Below, piece by piece: positions 30,363 to 39,948 of a stretch of DNA of 64,000 nucleotides. Each line of letters begins with the position of its first letter. Position 1 is the stretch's first letter. The position numbers and the translations under genes are program-made. Below the pieces are notes generated by a model. It had not been told where the DNA came from, did no database searches, and saw only the letters and a program-made list of their open reading frames with translations. Origin of the DNA: a virus; the IMG/VR virus record IMGVR_UViG_3300045919_000302, positions 64,001 through 128,000 of that record. One strand, given 5' to 3'.

Positions 30363-30788
30363 CTAACTTGTTACGCCAGTTTGGCCATGCTCATCTTCGC
30401 GGTGACATTTGAAACACAGCCACGTAACTTCCAGAGGCTTCGAGTAATCGTGGTGGTGAGCTTGAACCTTTTTCTCACCACACTTGCACGGCAACCGAAT
30501 CAACCTGCCACCCCTGACTGCGTTATTCACTGCGGCTCTGGCTTTGTGCCTGTCTTCATGCAAGGACCTATGCTTACGCTGATATTCGAGCTTTCTTTGC
30601 TTCCTGTCTGGATCTCGCTCACGCTTGATTTCGTAAGCTTTATATTGATCTTTTCGTTCAGCGTAGTTCCCGCTTGCGTCAGCTTTTGCGCAGGTCTTGC
30701 ACTTATTTAAGTGGCCATCCGCCATCCCTGAGTGACGATAAAAATCACTCAAGGATTTAGACGTCTGACACTTAAAACAAGTCTTCAT
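30363..30788 (-). CDS. free-standing HNH-type endonuclease
   Basis: CFKC..CKTC finger; C-terminal AHHHDYSKPLEVTWLCFKCH. Confidence 0.85.
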   Translation of the reverse strand: MKTCFKCQTSKSLSDFYRHSGMADGHLNKCKTCAKADASGNYAERKDQYKAYEIKRERDPDRKQRKLEYQRKHRSLHEDRHKARAAVNNAVRGGRLIRLPCKCGEKKVQAHHHDYSKPLEVTWLCFKCHREDEHGQTGVTS

Positions 30789-30799
30789 GGCTCAGCGCA

Positions 30800-31468
30800 T
30801 CAAAAGGGGATGTCCGAGTCTTCTGTTTCGGTGGAAGCGCCGGCATCAGCCGGGGTCTTCGTCAGATCCGTCCGCTTCTGCGTATCCACCGGGGCTCCCG
30901 CGAAGCGCAGGCGGGCCTGAATTATCGAGGCCGGCTGAGGGGCTAGGATCTTCTCCCAGTCGAGCGGCTTGGCAATGTCTGCCGCAAGTTTGGTGAGATC
31001 CACCTTTTCCTTGAGAGTGATGTCGTTACCACAGCGAGGTGACTTCTCTCCGTCGCGGAAGACTTCAACCTTCCATCCGGTGAGATCGCCACCCTTCTCG
31101 GCGCGGCGGCGAGCAAGGAGATCGATCGAGTTGCCGGTGGCAACGAAGCCTTTCTTACTGTACTTGTATTCTTTTCCGTCGCTCCCCTTGTAGGGGGTGA
31201 GATCGAGGAAGCTGCTCCAGATCGTGTCCGTGCCGCGAACACCAGTTCCGCAGCCGAAGCAGTTTTCGTCCTTCGAGCAAATGAAGGTGAGCCACTTACT
31301 CCCCATGGGGACGGTGTGCTCGGTGACTTGGATCTGTTCATCCGCGAGAAAGACGCCAATGCGCTTCTCCCCGTCTTTCAAGCCGAACTTATACATCCAC
31401 AGCTCACGGCCCCCAGTGCTCTGGGCTACTCCGTGGTTCGCGTCTCCGGGCTTCTTGTACCAAGACAT
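30800..31468 (-). CDS. single-stranded DNA-binding protein
   Basis: His/Cys zinc ligands (EH..C..C..C), acidic tail EDSDIPF; SD AAGGAG before ATG 31468. Confidence 0.78.
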   Translation of the reverse strand: MSWYKKPGDANHGVAQSTGGRELWMYKFGLKDGEKRIGVFLADEQIQVTEHTVPMGSKWLTFICSKDENCFGCGTGVRGTDTIWSSFLDLTPYKGSDGKEYKYSKKGFVATGNSIDLLARRRAEKGGDLTGWKVEVFRDGEKSPRCGNDITLKEKVDLTKLAADIAKPLDWEKILAPQPASIIQARLRFAGAPVDTQKRTDLTKTPADAGASTETEDSDIPF

Positions 31469-31578
31469 GGATTGCTCCTTGTGGTCACGTTTGTGACTAT
31501 TTTTGGTCATCTTCGATGACACTGTTTTTCGTATGAGCCATCGTAATCACGACTCAGTACGAATTGTAAATCGATATT

Positions 31579-31827
31579 TTATTTTTTCTCGTACAACGAT
31601 CTCGCCTCGTCGGAAGAACCGGTAGGATCTTTAGTGACGCTGGTCACGATGCGTCGAAGAATCTCGGGAGTGACCGCCGCAAGAACCAGTCCTGCGTCCG
31701 GACGCTTGATGATCTGTTGGTCCTTCTCCAGCTTTACGAGATCCGGGTCTCGGGCGATCACATAGGTGGCAATGCCGTACCCGAGGATGATGCCGAAAAA
31801 TAAAACCACCACCATTGCGAGGATCAT
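31579..31827 (-). CDS. small membrane protein
   Basis: N-terminal hydrophobic helix. Confidence 0.65.
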   Translation of the reverse strand: MILAMVVVLFFGIILGYGIATYVIARDPDLVKLEKDQQIIKRPDAGLVLAAVTPEILRRIVTSVTKDPTGSSDEARSLYEKK

Positions 31828-33551
31828 TTTGAATCTCCCTTGGAAGCGATAACGGTTGAAACCGACTCAACGACATCTCCGACCGAGATTCCGCTCAAGC
31901 AGTGATTCGTCCCGTACTCGCAGGACACGAACGTTACGGGGGGCCTTTGGTTGTGCAAACAGAATCGGCACTCTGTCTTGGGCACGAGCGCCAATGTTTT
32001 AGCCTCTCGGCTAATAACGCGGTAAGCCGGATCGGCCACTGTGAACAGACCGACGATCGGGACCTCTGTCGTCTGGGCGACGTGAAGGATGCCGCTGTCC
32101 ATGCCGACAAAGACCACAGCTCTCTTGCACAGCTCCCGGATCTCGTGGATCGTCAACTCGTCCACGAGCGAGAGCCCTGGGAGAACGAAGTCCCCGCTCC
32201 TGCCGACGGTGACTACCTTCAGGCCCTGATTATTCAACTCATTGGCAACGGCCACCCAATTCCGCTCGGGCCACTTTCGATTGTCCCAGGTCCTTCCGGC
32301 CGCGTGAATCACGGCTACGCGGTCAATCCAAAGATCGACCGATCCAAGTTTATGCTTCAGAGTCTTAAGATCGGCATCGCCTGAGAACAGCTCCGGATCC
32401 AGACTCTCTCCAGCGACCGCCGCCTCCTGCGCGTAAGCCTCCCAGATTGGCACATTTGGCCGCTTCTCGTAAGCGAGGTCCAAATCGACAAACCTGTCAC
32501 GCTTGATACCAGCGGCAGACTTCACCGCAATCACCTGAGGATCATGCCGGAACACTTCGCCGCATTGAGTCTCTACGATCACCTTTCCCTTGGCCAATTG
32601 CTTCAGCTTCCGGATCACCCCGGTGGCCAAGATCACATCACCCAGGGCGCCTGTTCTCCGTACGACGATCGTCTCGGGAGGAGTCGGAGACCTGAACGGG
32701 TGTTCGTGCGGGTTCTTTTGGAAGATCCACCGATCGGCGGTGTTGAAAATCTTTGGCATGTTCAATGAAGAAATTCCGTTAGAGAGCCCGATAAAGTCAT
32801 ACCCCTTGAGGTCCTCTTGAAACTTCTTGAGACCCTCCATCTCCTTCATGTACCAGGCGCGATACTTGGATATCTTATCGGCTTCCGTTCTTCCGCGAGT
32901 AGCGCCCTCTGCGTGAATCGCTTTGATGGCAGGAGAATAAAAAACACGCCAACCGCTACTCCAGGCCCGAAGACAATACTCGGTGTCTTCGCATGCAACG
33001 AAGTAGCTCTCGTCCAGATTCCCGATCTGGTCGATCATCTCTTTACGGATGGCAAAGAGAGCGCCAGTTACGCCAAGAATGTACTCTGGTTTAAGAACCT
33101 TTGGATCGTAATCCGCGTGCCAGCCTCTATGAGAAAACATCCTTGCGGCTTCGTGAAAAAAAATCCCGCCGTGCTGAATCTTCCCATCCGGGTAGAAGAG
33201 GAGGCCACCGACGATCCCAATCTTTGGATCCTTTTGAAAGGCTTCAACGATCTGCTTGTCAACCCGCTCCGTGAATTCGATGTCGTTGTTGACCAGGACA
33301 ACAACGTCCCCGGTGGCTTTTGCGATCCCCTCATTCACCGCCTTGGCAAAGCCCCCGTTGGTCTCCCTCTGAATCAGAGTGACGCCCCATTCGCTGGCCA
33401 GGACCTTCATCTCCTCACGAATCTCAGTGCTGCTCCCGTCGTCCACGACGATGATCTCATGATTGCCACCATGGTGCCGAGAGAAGGATGCCAGGCACGC
33501 ATTCGTGAGATCGGGCCTATTGATAGACGGGATGACGAAAGACAGTTTCAT
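31824..33551 (-). CDS. GT2-GT9 (heptosyltransferase-like) fusion glycosyltransferase
   Basis: VVDDGS, GGFAKAVNEG, NND, CEDTEYCLR (GT2); RTGALGDVI, RKWP, GMDSGILHVA (GT9). Confidence 0.92.
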   Translation of the reverse strand: MKLSFVIPSINRPDLTNACLASFSRHHGGNHEIIVVDDGSSTEIREEMKVLASEWGVTLIQRETNGGFAKAVNEGIAKATGDVVVLVNNDIEFTERVDKQIVEAFQKDPKIGIVGGLLFYPDGKIQHGGIFFHEAARMFSHRGWHADYDPKVLKPEYILGVTGALFAIRKEMIDQIGNLDESYFVACEDTEYCLRAWSSGWRVFYSPAIKAIHAEGATRGRTEADKISKYRAWYMKEMEGLKKFQEDLKGYDFIGLSNGISSLNMPKIFNTADRWIFQKNPHEHPFRSPTPPETIVVRRTGALGDVILATGVIRKLKQLAKGKVIVETQCGEVFRHDPQVIAVKSAAGIKRDRFVDLDLAYEKRPNVPIWEAYAQEAAVAGESLDPELFSGDADLKTLKHKLGSVDLWIDRVAVIHAAGRTWDNRKWPERNWVAVANELNNQGLKVVTVGRSGDFVLPGLSLVDELTIHEIRELCKRAVVFVGMDSGILHVAQTTEVPIVGLFTVADPAYRVISREAKTLALVPKTECRFCLHNQRPPVTFVSCEYGTNHCLSGISVGDVVESVSTVIASKGDSK

Positions 33552-34738
33552 TTTCTCTCCAGTGTTGTCTGATAAAAGCGCTCCCAAAGTGGTGCGTTTT
33601 CCTTGATGTCAAACTTCCTTACGAACGTCGTATTGGCCTTGACCCGCTCCGAGAGATCAGTCCGGCAGGCTTCACGCAAGGCTTCAAACCAGCTTCTCTC
33701 GTCATTGGGCGTAGCCATCCCACATCCGATCGAGTCTCCGTACGTCACTCCAGCTGAGGCGATCGGGAACGACCCGATGGCCATCGCCTCTGTCACCTTG
33801 AGGTTCGATTTTCCTCTGTTGAAGGGGATATCTACCACGGGCGCGAGGCTGATCTCAGGTTTGATCGCCTTGTAGGTCTGGTAGTAATTCATGCACGGCA
33901 CCGCGCTAAAAAGAAACAATCGATCCTGCGGGATGATCTCAAGCAGAGCGCGATGGGCGTACCCCATCAAGCCGAAGACCACATCCTCACTCCGGGAGAT
34001 CCGGCGGACCGCACCCACGATCAGCTCCAGATCCTTCTCATGCGACGGTCCTCCGGACCAGAAGATCATCTTCCTTCCCTGGCGCTTCTCGTCAAGATGC
34101 GGCGGCGTGATCTTTTGATTGTTCGAAAAGATGATGGGCTCGACCGGCGGCATCGCGCTGATCAGATCCAGATCAAGGCAGTTCGGGATGACCTCCACGT
34201 TCGGGAGATAATTCGAGTAGAGCTGCTTGAGGTAGGGCGTGGTCACGTCTACAGCGTCCGAGATCCGAAAGCTTTCTTCGATGATCTCCCGCCTGGACAC
34301 ATGGAACTGATGACCAGGGTTCCATTCTGGGATATTCAGATAATCGTCGTCGGCTGTTTGAACCACCACCTTGCCGGCGGACTTCGCGAGCCGCATCAGC
34401 CTCAGGTGGCTCATACCCACCGGCCGCTGGAACACGACGACGTCACTCTGGTTAATTTTGTCCAGGATGGATTTTTTCCACACCTGGATGTCGGCAGCCG
34501 ACACCAAGAGCCTCTTGCAGGAGGCGCAATGGGACTCTTCCTGGTCCCACTGCACGTCGTAAGGCCCGCAGTAGAGCCCAGCGCTCATGCACGGGTCGCA
34601 AAATACCTGCCGCTCGAACTCCTCGTCTTCGCACTGGTGTCCCCGCTCCGAAAGCTGGGACATGGGTGTAAGGACTCGAACCATCCAGCAGGCGTCACGA
34701 CGTCTGGTCGCGTAAAAAATTTTCACTTTCGCCTCCAA
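33548..34738 (-). CDS. GT-B fold (GT4-like) glycosyltransferase
   Basis: VVFQR, DDDY, TTPYL, IPNCLD, WSGGPSHEKDL, FNRGKSNLKVTE; CxxC..CxxC insert. Confidence 0.88.
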   Translation of the reverse strand: MEAKVKIFYATRRRDACWMVRVLTPMSQLSERGHQCEDEEFERQVFCDPCMSAGLYCGPYDVQWDQEESHCASCKRLLVSAADIQVWKKSILDKINQSDVVVFQRPVGMSHLRLMRLAKSAGKVVVQTADDDYLNIPEWNPGHQFHVSRREIIEESFRISDAVDVTTPYLKQLYSNYLPNVEVIPNCLDLDLISAMPPVEPIIFSNNQKITPPHLDEKRQGRKMIFWSGGPSHEKDLELIVGAVRRISRSEDVVFGLMGYAHRALLEIIPQDRLFLFSAVPCMNYYQTYKAIKPEISLAPVVDIPFNRGKSNLKVTEAMAIGSFPIASAGVTYGDSIGCGMATPNDERSWFEALREACRTDLSERVKANTTFVRKFDIKENAPLWERFYQTTLERK

Positions 34739-35379
34739 TTCAGTGGTCTCGTTGCAGTGTCTTGTTCTGTCCAGCCATACCGGAGACGGGTATGAATGGT
34801 TGCAGGCTTAAGGCCGGTCCGCCTTGCCCACTGAGCGATGGTCATCCGCTCTCCGTTTGCGCTAACAAAACGATTCTTTCTTAGATTGTTTTGCTGCTCA
34901 GTCCGAGTGGCCCATCTGCAATTGCTTTTAGAGTAATTACCATTATTATCGATTCGATCCAGCGTTAGCCCATCGGGTCGCTCACCCATGTCGTTGAGGA
35001 AGCCCTCAAACTTATGCCACCGCTCGCAGACTCCGATCCCTCTGCCTCCATAGTTGTGGTAGGCTCGGTTTTTTTCGCTATAGCAACGCGACATCATGCC
35101 TTCCCAAATGCCGTACATTCTGGTCTTGGACATCCCATGGGTCACGTTGGATGCGGAGACATTTCGACCAAGTTGAGCCGAATTTTCCCTACGGAAACAG
35201 CCGCAGGAAGTCGTATGACCAGATCTCAGATTGCCGGCCCGGACAATCTTCTCGGCTCCACAATCACAGCGACAGACCCATAGCCTCGTCCAGCCGCGCG
35301 ACTCAAGGAAGCTCACAGCTAAAAGTCGACCAAACCTGTCCCCTTCCTTGATGTTACCGACTCCACGCACGGATTCCAA
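34723..35379 (-). CDS. free-standing HNH homing endonuclease
   Basis: GDRFGRL..CRCDCG..SCGC; YGGRGI.VC.RW; TLDRIDNNGNY...NCRWAT..EQ.NN. Confidence 0.92.
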   Translation of the reverse strand: MESVRGVGNIKEGDRFGRLLAVSFLESRGWTRLWVCRCDCGAEKIVRAGNLRSGHTTSCGCFRRENSAQLGRNVSASNVTHGMSKTRMYGIWEGMMSRCYSEKNRAYHNYGGRGIGVCERWHKFEGFLNDMGERPDGLTLDRIDNNGNYSKSNCRWATRTEQQNNLRKNRFVSANGERMTIAQWARRTGLKPATIHTRLRYGWTEQDTATRPLNWRRK

Positions 35380-36439
35380 CCTCCACCCCTCCTTTACCTA
35401 TTACGAATTCGCCCACACTCGACAATGCGGCGTCAACATCTGCTGTCGTCCAAGAATCTGGATCTCTTCCTTCGAAACCATCAGCGAATAGAAACCTGTA
35501 GTCCGACTCCACCCATCGCGGCGACATCACGGACTTTGGTATGAACTCCGGATTGAACTTCACGCCTGCTATGCCGACTCTTTTGCTTAGGGTGATGAAA
35601 ATCCTCTGCCCCTGCTCCTGGGCGAAACGAAGCCCAGGCTTGTCACCGTCTACAAAAAACAACACCTCATCGGCCCAATTTTTCAGTTTTTCGAAATGCT
35701 GCATGGATAGGCTGGTTCCCATCGTCCCGAGCACGTTTTTTAATCCCCGCCGCTCCAGCGCTAAAACATCAAAAAAGCCCTCAACCAGGATCACTCTCCT
35801 GCAAGAGTGATCCAAGAATCGCTCTCCGTAAAACACCGAGTCGCGCGAGAGCCCGGGATAATGTTTGTATTTATTCTTAACAAGACCAGTCAGGTCCCGG
35901 CCGGACACGCCGATGAGCTGGCCTTTAATACTGCGAACCGGGAAGATCATCCGCTTCTCCAGCGGGTCATACCCGATCTCCCACCTGATGACCTGCTCCT
36001 GGGTCAGGCCGCGCTCGAAGGCGTACTTCGGGATCTCTTCAAGAAACTTCTTGAGCGTGTCCTCGTCAATCACCATAGCCTTCTCGGCGATCTTCCGACC
36101 GAACTTACGAGAATAGGCCCCGTAGGGTTTCTCGATTTTCTTCCAGGTCGTTCCGCCTTGATCCCCTTCGATCTGGGAAACGTAGTCATAGGCTCGATAA
36201 TCCCCCGAGTGGTCGCCGTACGTCCTGGCGAGCTTGCGGACCGTGCCTTCATTTCGGCAACTCCAACACCTGTAGAGCGACGGCTGGCCGGCCCTGGCGG
36301 TCAGCGAAGGGCTCCGGTCGCGTCCCTTGGTGTGCGTCCATGGGGCCAATGGGCAGTGGGTGGACTTGTTCGTGCCGCTCCCGCTCCGGAGCTTCGACCC
36401 CATCAGATCGAAGACGAAGTCCAGCTCCTGGTCAGTCAT
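35354..36439 (-). CDS. DNA primase (zinc finger + TOPRIM)
   Basis: CP..H..D..PS..CWSC; LVEGFFDVL; FVDGDKPG; DPD. Confidence 0.9.
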   Translation of the reverse strand: MTDQELDFVFDLMGSKLRSGSGTNKSTHCPLAPWTHTKGRDRSPSLTARAGQPSLYRCWSCRNEGTVRKLARTYGDHSGDYRAYDYVSQIEGDQGGTTWKKIEKPYGAYSRKFGRKIAEKAMVIDEDTLKKFLEEIPKYAFERGLTQEQVIRWEIGYDPLEKRMIFPVRSIKGQLIGVSGRDLTGLVKNKYKHYPGLSRDSVFYGERFLDHSCRRVILVEGFFDVLALERRGLKNVLGTMGTSLSMQHFEKLKNWADEVLFFVDGDKPGLRFAQEQGQRIFITLSKRVGIAGVKFNPEFIPKSVMSPRWVESDYRFLFADGFEGRDPDSWTTADVDAALSSVGEFVIGKGGVEVGIRAWSR

Positions 36440-37701
36440 CCCCAGTCCTCATCCTCGTCACGCTGACTGACGCGGCGGGGTCCGCTCGGGGCGATGCCCA
36501 CTTCCGAGAAGTCCATCCGCGTGAAGTCCCAGCGAACCTTGAGCGCGTTCTTTGAATTCTCGCCTTCGCGAACCTTGAGAGGATAGATGCTCATCTGACC
36601 CGACTCGACGTCCTCATCGAGCTGGACCAGACCGAAGACGTTCGTGGCGTTCCATCCGAGCACGTCGGACATGGCCAGATCCTCCAGGCCCATGTCGCCC
36701 TTCTTCTTTTTGGTGGAGTCGCGGTTCAGCTGGGTCGTCCCGATGATGCTCTTACTATAAACCATCGAATAGGTCTTGAGGTCGTCAGCGACCAAGGCCA
36801 TGTTTTCCATGCGGTCGCGAGTCTTCTGGCGGGCTTTCACACGGTAGCAGGCATCCACGATCACGAGCTTGGCCTTGGTGCGTTCGATCGCCCGCTCAAT
36901 ATCGATCGTGGAAAAGCCCTTCTCTGCGTCCATGATCTCGATGTCCACGGCCGGGTTGTACTGGTCCAACTCCTGGAGAAACCGTTGTTCCTCCATCGTG
37001 CTCAGCTTGCCCTTGCGGAAACCCCCGTAGTTGGCCTGAAACTCCATTGCGAAGAATCGCCCGGCCAGATCTTCCTTCGACATTTCTCCGGAGATGAACA
37101 GGACAGACTCACCTTCCTGTCTTGCTTTCTTGGCCATCGCCACAGCACAAAAGGTCTTCCCGATCCCGGTGCGGGCGGAGACGAAGCTCACATCCTTGGG
37201 CCACCAGCCCATCGTCCAGGCGTCCATCTGAGGCCATGGGGTCCGGATCCCCATCTTGCCGGCCTTGGCGTCAAGGTAGCGTTGCTTGACGATCTCCTTG
37301 ACTGCTCGAACTTCGACGACTGAGCCGCCGCCCTGAGATCTCTCCTGGGCTTTTACGAACTCCCGCAGCTCCGCGTAGGCCGCGAGCGAGTCGTCCTTGT
37401 TCATCGCGCTCTGAACTTTTACGAAGGTCTCGTTCAGCTCGTTGTAGAGCGTGCGCTTCTTAATCTCCGTGATCCAGAACCCGATGCCCTCCTGGGGCTC
37501 GGGGATGCTAACCTCAAATTTTGCCTCAACCAACTCGCGGGAGGGAATGGTCCGATGTTCGCTGAAGTACTCCTCCAGGAACTTCCAGATCGCGATCTCG
37601 CCTTCACTGGAAAAGTCGGCGACGGTAACGCCCTTCTCCGCCGCGAGCAGGAAGGCTTTCTCTTTGATGACTGAACCGACAAGCCCGAGATCGAGGTTCA
37701 C
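36436..37701 (-). CDS. dnaB: DnaB-like replicative helicase
   Basis: ARTGIGKT, FISGEMS, VIVD, QLNR, KVREG. Confidence 0.92.
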   Translation of the reverse strand: MNLDLGLVGSVIKEKAFLLAAEKGVTVADFSSEGEIAIWKFLEEYFSEHRTIPSRELVEAKFEVSIPEPQEGIGFWITEIKKRTLYNELNETFVKVQSAMNKDDSLAAYAELREFVKAQERSQGGGSVVEVRAVKEIVKQRYLDAKAGKMGIRTPWPQMDAWTMGWWPKDVSFVSARTGIGKTFCAVAMAKKARQEGESVLFISGEMSKEDLAGRFFAMEFQANYGGFRKGKLSTMEEQRFLQELDQYNPAVDIEIMDAEKGFSTIDIERAIERTKAKLVIVDACYRVKARQKTRDRMENMALVADDLKTYSMVYSKSIIGTTQLNRDSTKKKKGDMGLEDLAMSDVLGWNATNVFGLVQLDEDVESGQMSIYPLKVREGENSKNALKVRWDFTRMDFSEVGIAPSGPRRVSQRDEDEDWG

Positions 37702-38243
37702 TTTTTCATCTCCACAATCTCTAGGGACTGAGTAATGGCGCTAATCAATCTGGGTGACTTGACTCCGATGGATCGATCCATTTCGTCCAAGCTCTCGAAG
37801 TCCGAGATGACGACCGTTCTCGTATTCGCGTGGTGCCGGGCAATGATCAACCTCTCAGTGGCGCTCAAGAGGATGTAGGGCGGGACCTTGTAGTTATACC
37901 CCGAGAGGACCAGGAACTCCTTGGTCGCCAGGGCGTCGAGATCGTAATCCTTGGGGCTCTCGTCCAGATCGAACGAGGATATGAAGTAAACCGTCCGCCG
38001 ACGCCGAAAGATGCTTCGGAGCATCTTGGCCGCAAGTCTTTCGGCCCAGTCCACGTTGCCGATGAACAGGAGGCCCTTCTCTGGAAGCTGGGTTCGGCTC
38101 AGGTCGAACGATTCGACATAGGCTCTGGCCTTCTCCTTGATCGGATCCGGAACTCCTTCCAGATCGCTCTCCCAGAAGCGCCGTGGAAGATTGGCATGAC
38201 CGAAGTCAAACTCGGTCATGGACTTCTTCTCCTCGGTCACCAT
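37698..38243 (-). CDS. degenerate DnaC/IstB-like helicase loader
   Basis: ANLPRRF, KGLLFIG, VYFI, TVVISD layout and position before dnaB; Walker A/B not retained. Confidence 0.6.
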   Translation of the reverse strand: MVTEEKKSMTEFDFGHANLPRRFWESDLEGVPDPIKEKARAYVESFDLSRTQLPEKGLLFIGNVDWAERLAAKMLRSIFRRRRTVYFISSFDLDESPKDYDLDALATKEFLVLSGYNYKVPPYILLSATERLIIARHHANTRTVVISDFESLDEMDRSIGVKSPRLISAITQSLEIVEMKK

Positions 38244-38626
38244 GTGCTCCTCTTGATGCCTTCGAGCTTCTCGGATTTCACTTCTTTGACTTCAAGACCC
38301 GTCTTAAACCAGGGATACCACTTCGCATATCGCCACTCGGCGATCATCTGGTGAAAGTTCGGAATCTCTTTCAGAACACGATCGTCGCGCTCACGGCCTC
38401 GTAACTCGGTCCAATTTTTTGCGGCCCAACTTACGAACTCTCGGGCCTCACCTTCGCCCATGCGCTCAATCATGAGCTTCACGTGCGCCGGCCACCGCCA
38501 CGAATCGAAAATCTCGATCGGCTCGATGCCGACCTCCGCGAGCTGGGTTTTAAACCAGTCGAAAAGGTCCTCGGCCTTTCGCTCCCACTTCTTGCCCAGT
38601 TTCCCGGGCCTCCCCATGTTGTCCAT
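38237..38626 (-). CDS. stand-alone paralog of the replication initiator C-terminal domain
   Basis: LKEIPNFHQMIAEWRYAKW versus LYEIPTFNQMIVPWRYKCW in 38708..39727. Confidence 0.75.
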   Translation of the reverse strand: MDNMGRPGKLGKKWERKAEDLFDWFKTQLAEVGIEPIEIFDSWRWPAHVKLMIERMGEGEAREFVSWAAKNWTELRGRERDDRVLKEIPNFHQMIAEWRYAKWYPWFKTGLEVKEVKSEKLEGIKRSTW

Positions 38627-38707
38627 TTGCCTTAGTCGTAGCTCGTGACAAAACGTTCAGCAAGAAATTTTCTTTTCCTACGCCCGCCAGGATCCGGGCC
38701 CCCGTAA

Positions 38708-39727
38708 CTAACCCCAAGAGGAAGTTTTAATCCCGGCCATGACGCTGACCTTCGGCCGACGTGAATCGCCCACTCGCGCACGCTTCGGACGTTTGACTCC
38801 GAGCATCCGGGCGCTCCAGCACTTGTAGCGCCACGGTACGATCATCTGGTTGAACGTCGGGATCTCGTAAAGCTTGCGACCGTCAGATCCGGTAGTCTGG
38901 GCCAGGGTCTCCCAGTGGGCCACGCTGTACTCGATCACCCGCTTGGCCATGTCCACACTCTTGAAGTTTCTCAGCATGGCCACGATCTGTGGAAGCTCCC
39001 AGGATCTGAGAGCCTGCTTGTGGTGAAGTCCTCGCGCCTGCATCGCGCTCGTAAAACTTCCCCAGACCTCCTCCGCTGCCGCTTGGCGCTTCTCGGACCA
39101 CCGGAACTCGTCCATGGGTCTCTGGAGCTTCTGCCAGCGCAGCTCAGGCGATTCCTCACCTTCAACGACGGCCCGCGTCAGCGGGGTATTTTCCACAGAG
39201 GGGTCCGCAAAGCTTTCTTTGAGCGGAACCAAAACCAACTCTTGGGTATCAGTCTCTCCACGGGGAGTTCCCCCAGGTACCAGACTTTTTCTCTCCGCGT
39301 CAGCGGAGTGTAATATAATATTACTCTCAATCTCTTTTTGTCCTAGAATTTGACACCCACCCGCGTCAAGAAGCTCGCGAAGTGTTTCGTCCGGAGTTGA
39401 GAGTTTTGGCTGATAGCTCATGAGTTTCTTGGTGAACTTATAGACATTCGATGTGCCGCAACGGGCCGCCCAGTCCACATAGCCCTTCTCACGAAGCTGC
39501 CTTAGCGCCGTACAAACAGTTTGCCGCGTAGCACGAATCTCCCTGGCGATGGTCTTCTGGGAGGGAAAGCAACCAGTCCACCCGGGTAAGTTTCGGAAGT
39601 AGCCATAGAGGGAGCAGAGCACGGCACGTTCCAAGCGGCTCAGATCCGGGCACCGATCGAAGGCAAGAGGTACGACACGCTGAGCACCAGCCAGGCCGGC
39701 GACCACATCAAAATCATTTACAAGCAC
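38708..39727 (-). CDS. phage replication initiator (N-terminal winged HTH)
   Basis: CFPSQKTIAREIRATRQTVCTALRQLREKGYV...SNVY; first gene of the loader-helicase-primase module. Confidence 0.82.
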   Translation of the reverse strand: MLVNDFDVVAGLAGAQRVVPLAFDRCPDLSRLERAVLCSLYGYFRNLPGWTGCFPSQKTIAREIRATRQTVCTALRQLREKGYVDWAARCGTSNVYKFTKKLMSYQPKLSTPDETLRELLDAGGCQILGQKEIESNIILHSADAERKSLVPGGTPRGETDTQELVLVPLKESFADPSVENTPLTRAVVEGEESPELRWQKLQRPMDEFRWSEKRQAAAEEVWGSFTSAMQARGLHHKQALRSWELPQIVAMLRNFKSVDMAKRVIEYSVAHWETLAQTTGSDGRKLYEIPTFNQMIVPWRYKCWSARMLGVKRPKRARVGDSRRPKVSVMAGIKTSSWG

Positions 39728-39752
39728 AGATCCCCCACAATTTTGTAGTGAC

Positions 39753-39817
39753 CCGTGTAGCAGAAATGTTACTACAGAACTTGCTACGGCTCTGTAGTTG
39801 TTTTTTCTGCTACACGG
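39753..39817. repeat. nested inverted repeats upstream of the initiator
   Basis: CCGTGTAGCAGAAA (39753)/TTTCTGCTACACGG (39804) and inner ACTACAGA (39771)/TCTGTAGT (39791). Confidence 0.85.
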
Positions 39818-39849
39818 AAAAGGGGTACCTTCGCGGGTGCCCCTTTTTG
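39818..39849. terminator. intrinsic terminator, potentially bidirectional
   Basis: AAAAGGGGTACC-TTCGCG-GGTGCCCCTTTTT. Confidence 0.8.
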
Positions 39850-39948
39850 TTTTACATGGGGCTCAGCATGCAGCGAGAGACTGCGCCTTCGCAAGCGCAA
39901 AAAATTTGATTGAGTCGAGAAGAAAAAATTCTCCGACCTTCTCAGGTC

